Source: Candidatus Sodaliphilus limicaballi (lineage in GTDB: Bacteria; Bacteroidota; Bacteroidia; Bacteroidales; Muribaculaceae). Taken from it: a stretch of DNA of 50,082 nt. The notes beneath the pieces are model-generated. The model was given only the letters and a program-made list of their open reading frames with translations. It had not been told where the DNA came from and did not search any database. Positions 46,151 to 50,082 of this stretch are shown piece by piece. How positions within the stretch are numbered: position 1 is the stretch's first letter; each line of letters opens with the position of its first letter. The position numbers and the translations under genes are program-made. The DNA is taken from positions 1 through 50,082 of the forward strand of contig JAGHSP010000256.1 in assembly GCA_018065815.1 (NCBI GenBank). Direction: 5' to 3'.

Positions 46151-48265
46151 CTATACGCTGGCCACAGCGGCTTGCGCCACGGCGGCGGTGTTCATGTATT
46201 CGCTGTAGTCCTCGTCTTCGGGCTGCTCGATGGTCATTGGCACGGCCATGGCATTCGCGGCGGCCTGGGCGATGGCAGCGGTGGTCTCAGAGGGCAGCAC
46301 TGCCACACGGTCAATCTTCTCCTCGCGCATCATCTTGTCGAACTGGCTGACATACTTCGACTGCTCGGTGTAGGCATCACGGTCGGCCTGTGTCTGCTCG
46401 GCTGTGGCCTCGTTGTACCGCTCCAGCAATTTGCAGGTGGCGATATACTTTTCACCCTGCCACAGGTACACCTCGCCGATATTGCCGGCGGCATCGGCAA
46501 GCCAGTAGGCCTCTACCTTGTTGTTCCTCGGCTCAAGTTTCTCAATGTCGCGGGGACTGGGCAAGCGGAACTGCTGGTATTGCACAGTGCAGAACATGTT
46601 TTGCTTGATGGTCGTGGCCGTGCAGTTGCCAATATAGCGGTACAGGTAGGGCTTGTCCCAAGGCTTCAGGTCGGGGTTCTGGCGGCTGGCCAGCACGTCC
46701 CAGCGGCTCATGCCGGGGTACATCTTCTGGTTGGGGTGCAACTGATGGTTGAAGGCATCAATGGCGGCGAGATCGTCGGCAACGAGTTGCTCAAAGGTAT
46801 AGGTGGCCTCCTTGTAGGTGTTGTTAAGTTCGTCATACACCTTCTCGACCTTGGGGCGGTTGGCCTCCAGCGAGGCGTACCACCGGCCTATGCCCACCTG
46901 CATCCTTTTCTCCACACCGTATTTTTTGGCGCGGTTCAGGTGCTCGGCACGTTTCTCGCGCGAGTTGCCGGGGTTGCACCATCTGATCAGGGGGAACACC
47001 ACACCGGCTTTCATAAGGCCGTCGGCGAAGTTCTGCACCAGGTGGTGCTCGACCTCGAGCTCGGCGGGCATATACCAGCCGTTGCGGTCAAGGGTCTGGA
47101 ACATGTCACGCATGCAGTCCAGGAATAGGTCGGTGGTCTTGAGCCGGCTGTATGCGCGACCTACCACGCAGCCACTCACCACATCATAGGCATAGTAAGC
47201 CTTCACGCGCTGGCCGTTGCTCATGGGGCGAGGCAGGTCACGGTCGTCAAGCGAGATCTTGCTGAGGGCATACACGCCATTGCGGCGCACATGGTAGGGA
47301 CGGTAGCGGTTGTTGAAGTCCCACTGGGTGTCGTGTAACTTGCTGCGCAGTGCTTTGTTCTTGGCGGTGTTGAGATAGTTGGCGATGGTGGCCTCACTCA
47401 GCACCAGCGGGTCACCGTTCTTGTCGGTGTAATTGGCGGGGTCATACCACTCGCCGGTCTCAGGGTCGGCGACGGTGAGCTCACCGCGCACAAACATGTT
47501 GTACATCTCGGCGACCGTCGTGTTATAGGGACGCTCAGGCAGACTGTCAAGGCTCAGGATCAGCCGCTCAATGCCATAGTTGACCTTGCGCGCGCTCTGG
47601 TTCTTGAACTTCTTGCTGATGAGAGACTCGTAGCCCTGTTTTTGGAATGTGGTGACACGTTCACGGAAACGGTGAGGCGACAGGGGCAACGTGTGGCCGA
47701 ACTCGGCCTGGAAGTAACTGATAACACCCGTCATCTCACCCCAGTTGATGGTGGCGCCCTGCATGGCCTTGCGCATGATGTTGGTGTCGGCCATCACAGC
47801 CACCACAGCCTGCAGCACCGAGGCATTGACGGTGTACTCGTTGATCTTGTCGGGTGGCAAAGGGCTGCCGTCGGCAAAACGAAACCGGGTGAACCATGAC
47901 CTGGCCTCGGCATCAACTCGGTAGTGACGCTCAAACCAGTCACGCAGCACGTTCTGCTCCATCTCACCATACTTGGCGGTGACGCGCTCACGGAAGCGGC
48001 GGGGTAAGGTGGCGACCTCGATAAGGGCATACTCGCCCATGCCGCCGCCACGGCGCACGACGTTGATCTTCTTGCGCGCGCTCAACTGTTTGTAATTGGG
48101 TACACTCATAATAGGTGCGAGGGTCTCAACCGGCAAGTCCTGGGGGGCACGCCCATTCAGCACGCGACTGTGACTCCAGTCGGCGACACCGTCCACGACA
48201 ACCGGACGGTCGTCATAGGTCAGGTCATTGACCGATATACACAATATCTTGCCGTAATACTCCAT
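46151..48265 (-). CDS. MuA-like DDE transposase
   Basis: 704 aa; ISLDDRD, YYAYDVVSGCVVG, PGNSREKRAE integrase core. Confidence 0.85.
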   Translation of the reverse strand: MEYYGKILCISVNDLTYDDRPVVVDGVADWSHSRVLNGRAPQDLPVETLAPIMSVPNYKQLSARKKINVVRRGGGMGEYALIEVATLPRRFRERVTAKYGEMEQNVLRDWFERHYRVDAEARSWFTRFRFADGSPLPPDKINEYTVNASVLQAVVAVMADTNIMRKAMQGATINWGEMTGVISYFQAEFGHTLPLSPHRFRERVTTFQKQGYESLISKKFKNQSARKVNYGIERLILSLDSLPERPYNTTVAEMYNMFVRGELTVADPETGEWYDPANYTDKNGDPLVLSEATIANYLNTAKNKALRSKLHDTQWDFNNRYRPYHVRRNGVYALSKISLDDRDLPRPMSNGQRVKAYYAYDVVSGCVVGRAYSRLKTTDLFLDCMRDMFQTLDRNGWYMPAELEVEHHLVQNFADGLMKAGVVFPLIRWCNPGNSREKRAEHLNRAKKYGVEKRMQVGIGRWYASLEANRPKVEKVYDELNNTYKEATYTFEQLVADDLAAIDAFNHQLHPNQKMYPGMSRWDVLASRQNPDLKPWDKPYLYRYIGNCTATTIKQNMFCTVQYQQFRLPSPRDIEKLEPRNNKVEAYWLADAAGNIGEVYLWQGEKYIATCKLLERYNEATAEQTQADRDAYTEQSKYVSQFDKMMREEKIDRVAVLPSETTAAIAQAAANAMAVPMTIEQPEDEDYSEYMNTAAVAQAAVASV

Positions 48266-48266
48266 G

Positions 48267-48644
48267 TCACAAACTCATTGCCATGCTGCTCACACGCGAC
48301 TGCAGACGCATGAGGTCGGGAATAGTGTTAACTCGCTCCTGGGTGTGCTGAGCACCGTCAACATACACCGTAGCAAGACCGCCATGGAGACTCACCACCA
48401 GCTTCACACGCTTGCCGAAGGTCTGAGTCATGGTGCCGTCTGAGGTCTCATGGGTGGTCTCCATTTCTTCTCCCTGCCAGTTGGCTACACCGTGCAACTG
48501 GGTCAAGGCAACATAACGGATCTTGCGGGCACGGTCACTGTTGAACTTGAACGTCAATGCGTTCCAAACGGTCACACGGCTGCACTTGAACAGCTTGCAC
48601 AAGTGCTTCTTGGCATCCTCGGTCACATAAATTCGCTTATCCAT
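48267..48644 (-). CDS. Ner/Cro-like HTH early regulator
   Basis: LCKLFKCSRVTVWNAL HTH; divergent from the repressor and upstream of the transposase. Confidence 0.65.
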   Translation of the reverse strand: MDKRIYVTEDAKKHLCKLFKCSRVTVWNALTFKFNSDRARKIRYVALTQLHGVANWQGEEMETTHETSDGTMTQTFGKRVKLVVSLHGGLATVYVDGAQHTQERVNTIPDLMRLQSRVSSMAMSL

Positions 48645-48885
48645 TGTTCTCTTCTTTTGGTTGGTTGATAATCTTGTCTTGAAGGGCGTCGATGCGGGCA
48701 AGCAGCACACACGCACCGGTGTAGTAAGGGTCAACAGTCGCCTCGTAGTCGTTCAATACCACGTCGGCGATGTCAAGGTACTGTTCAATCTCGTGACGAG
48801 CCGACTGGATGGCGGCGGTCATCTTCAAACCCTGGGAAGCAAGGGTGTCCTTGTCCAGGAAGTTGATAATTTTTTTCTCGCTCAT
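48637..48885 (-). CDS. First early gene, hypothetical
   Basis: 82-aa ORF after the early promoter. Confidence 0.55.
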   Translation of the reverse strand: MSEKKIINFLDKDTLASQGLKMTAAIQSARHEIEQYLDIADVVLNDYEATVDPYYTGACVLLARIDALQDKIINQPKEENNG

Positions 48886-48943
48886 ATTCTCGTTATTTAA
48901 TTACTTTTAATCGTCAATATTCGCTTATATCGCCAAATTTTCG

Positions 48944-49008
48944 TACCTTTGGCCGCTCTTAACATCGTTAAGACGCTGCAAAGATAGGTCATTTTTCTGA
49001 CCTACAAA
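48944..49008. promoter_or_regulatory. Face-to-face lysis/lysogeny promoters with a palindromic operator
   Basis: TACCTTTG plus (48944-48951); TATCTTTG minus (48979-48986); TAGGTCA-N6-TGACCTA (48985-49004). Confidence 0.65.
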
Positions 49009-49027
49009 AATTTTATAAGACATTTTT

Positions 49028-49420
49028 ATGACCACAAAGCAAAAAATTCTTCAATTTCTCGAATTTAAGGGCATTCCAAAAGCCCAATTTTATAGAGAAG
49101 CCAATGTCGCACCTTCGAACTTCAAAGGTGAGGCTCTCTATAGTCGTGACCTCAATGTTGCCCAGGTGGTCATAGTTTTGACCATGTACCCCGAATTATC
49201 ACCTGATTGGTTGCTCCTTGACAAGGGAGATATGCTACGACCAATTAATGAGAATGGTGTTGTTGTAAAAGGCAATAGTGAACTCATTGATATAATTCGA
49301 GAGCAAGCGGAAGAAATAGGGCAACTCAAGGAGCGGATTGCGCAACTTGAAAGGGAAAAGGCTGCCGATGGCTCAAGTGCGCTCGATGTGGACACCGCTC
49401 GTTCTGCCCATGCAGGGTGA
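49028..49420 (+). CDS. Phage repressor (HTH)
   Basis: N-terminal HTH with LSPDWLLLDKGDM, C-terminal coiled coil; divergent from the early operon. Confidence 0.78.
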   Translation: MTTKQKILQFLEFKGIPKAQFYREANVAPSNFKGEALYSRDLNVAQVVIVLTMYPELSPDWLLLDKGDMLRPINENGVVVKGNSELIDIIREQAEEIGQLKERIAQLEREKAADGSSALDVDTARSAHAG

Positions 49421-49674
49421 TGCCTGAAATGCGAACCACACGGACGCACCCGTGACCCACACGCACCCACAAACTGGCCGCACGCACACATTTTAGAGCG
49501 ACAATCCAGCTGCCAACACCCGCAAATGCTTGAAAATAGGGCAGTCACATACTATATAAATAAGGTGTAAGGCAGTTATTTGGTGGCTTTTTCCTCGCTC
49601 AATATTGCCAAAATCGCAAAATTTAGGGGGTCGCTCGGCTTGTTTCCCATTTTTTAAGGTCGTTTATTTTCTCG

Positions 49675-49752
49675 AAAATGTAACCCCAAGTGTAACCCCT
49701 CTCTTGCCAAAAATGTAACCCCAAGTTGTAACCCCAAGTGTAACCCCTCTCT
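49675..49752. repeat. Cluster of five TGTAACCCC repeats
   Basis: Copies at 49679, 49691, 49714, 49727 and 49739. Confidence 0.9.
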
Positions 49753-49855
49753 GAAAATCGACCCATTTGGGCACAAAAATGGGGAAGCCTCTCAACCTCC
49801 CCGAACGGCATTCAAAACAACGCCGCCAGAATCGCCTTCTAACGGCGTTATATCC

Positions 49856-50080
49856 TCATTCTAAACCTCGGCCACGCCTCGGACTTGATATAAGCGTAGA
49901 CTGCTTTATGATGGCCTTACGCGTTATTACTGTGCCGTTTCCGCTCAAGCCGGCATGCAGCAGATAGTTCTTAGTTGCACCAACTTGCTCAGCCGTTAAG
50001 CGTGTGTAAACGGTTGTAATACTGGAAAAATAGGAGTCGCGGCGCTTGCCAATCAAATGTACATGGATAACTTTTGCCAT
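49856..50080 (-). CDS. Small basic hypothetical protein near the prophage end
   Basis: 74-aa ORF MAKVIHVHLIG. Confidence 0.6.
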   Translation of the reverse strand: MAKVIHVHLIGKRRDSYFSSITTVYTRLTAEQVGATKNYLLHAGLSGNGTVITRKAIIKQSTLISSPRRGRGLE

Positions 50081-50082
50081 AG

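Larger units (their letters stand above)
9947..50082. mobile_element. Mu-like transposable prophage with DGR; right end lies outside the window
   Basis: DDE transposase plus AAA ATPase, Gam, gp36/gp29/gpF/gpG-like genes, terminase, capsid, tape measure; TG terminus with repeated sites interrupting a host gene; GC shift. Confidence 0.93.

Noticed and set aside
49675-49752. CRISPR array
   Set aside because: Repeats are 9 bp with 3-14 bp gaps; no unique spacers and no cas genes
1-50082. tRNA/rRNA genes or an integrase att site
   Set aside because: None recognised; the phage integrates by transposition

Overview
Bacteroidales chromosome segment. Bases 1-6.3 kb hold an arginine biosynthesis operon (GNAT argA-like, argG, argC, argD, argF', argB) with palindromic intergenic repeats. 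A hypothetical exported protein and a BspA-type LRR/dockerin gene follow; the latter has lost its 5' end to a Mu-like transposable prophage that starts at about 9947 (TG end, repeated AAAACGAA sites) and runs past the window edge (>40 kb). The prophage has repressor, transposase, MuB-like ATPase, Gam, head, lysis and tail modules. The main result is a complete diversity-generating retroelement (DGR): Avd (40724-41209), a 97-bp template repeat (40521-40617) in frame inside the 5' end of the RT gene, and a variable repeat (10202-10298) 30.3 kb away at the C-terminus of an 1871-aa tail protein. All 6 TR/VR mismatches fall on TR adenines, and a GC hairpin follows the VR. Other candidates: a thymidylate-synthase homologue with Asp at the specificity position next to two DNA methyltransferases, a MuF protein with a nuclease-like C-terminus facing a small structured RNA, a candidate pseudoknot ncRNA, a 39-aa membrane moron and a -1 frameshift tail chaperone. 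All family calls are from motif recognition by eye; no database search was run.
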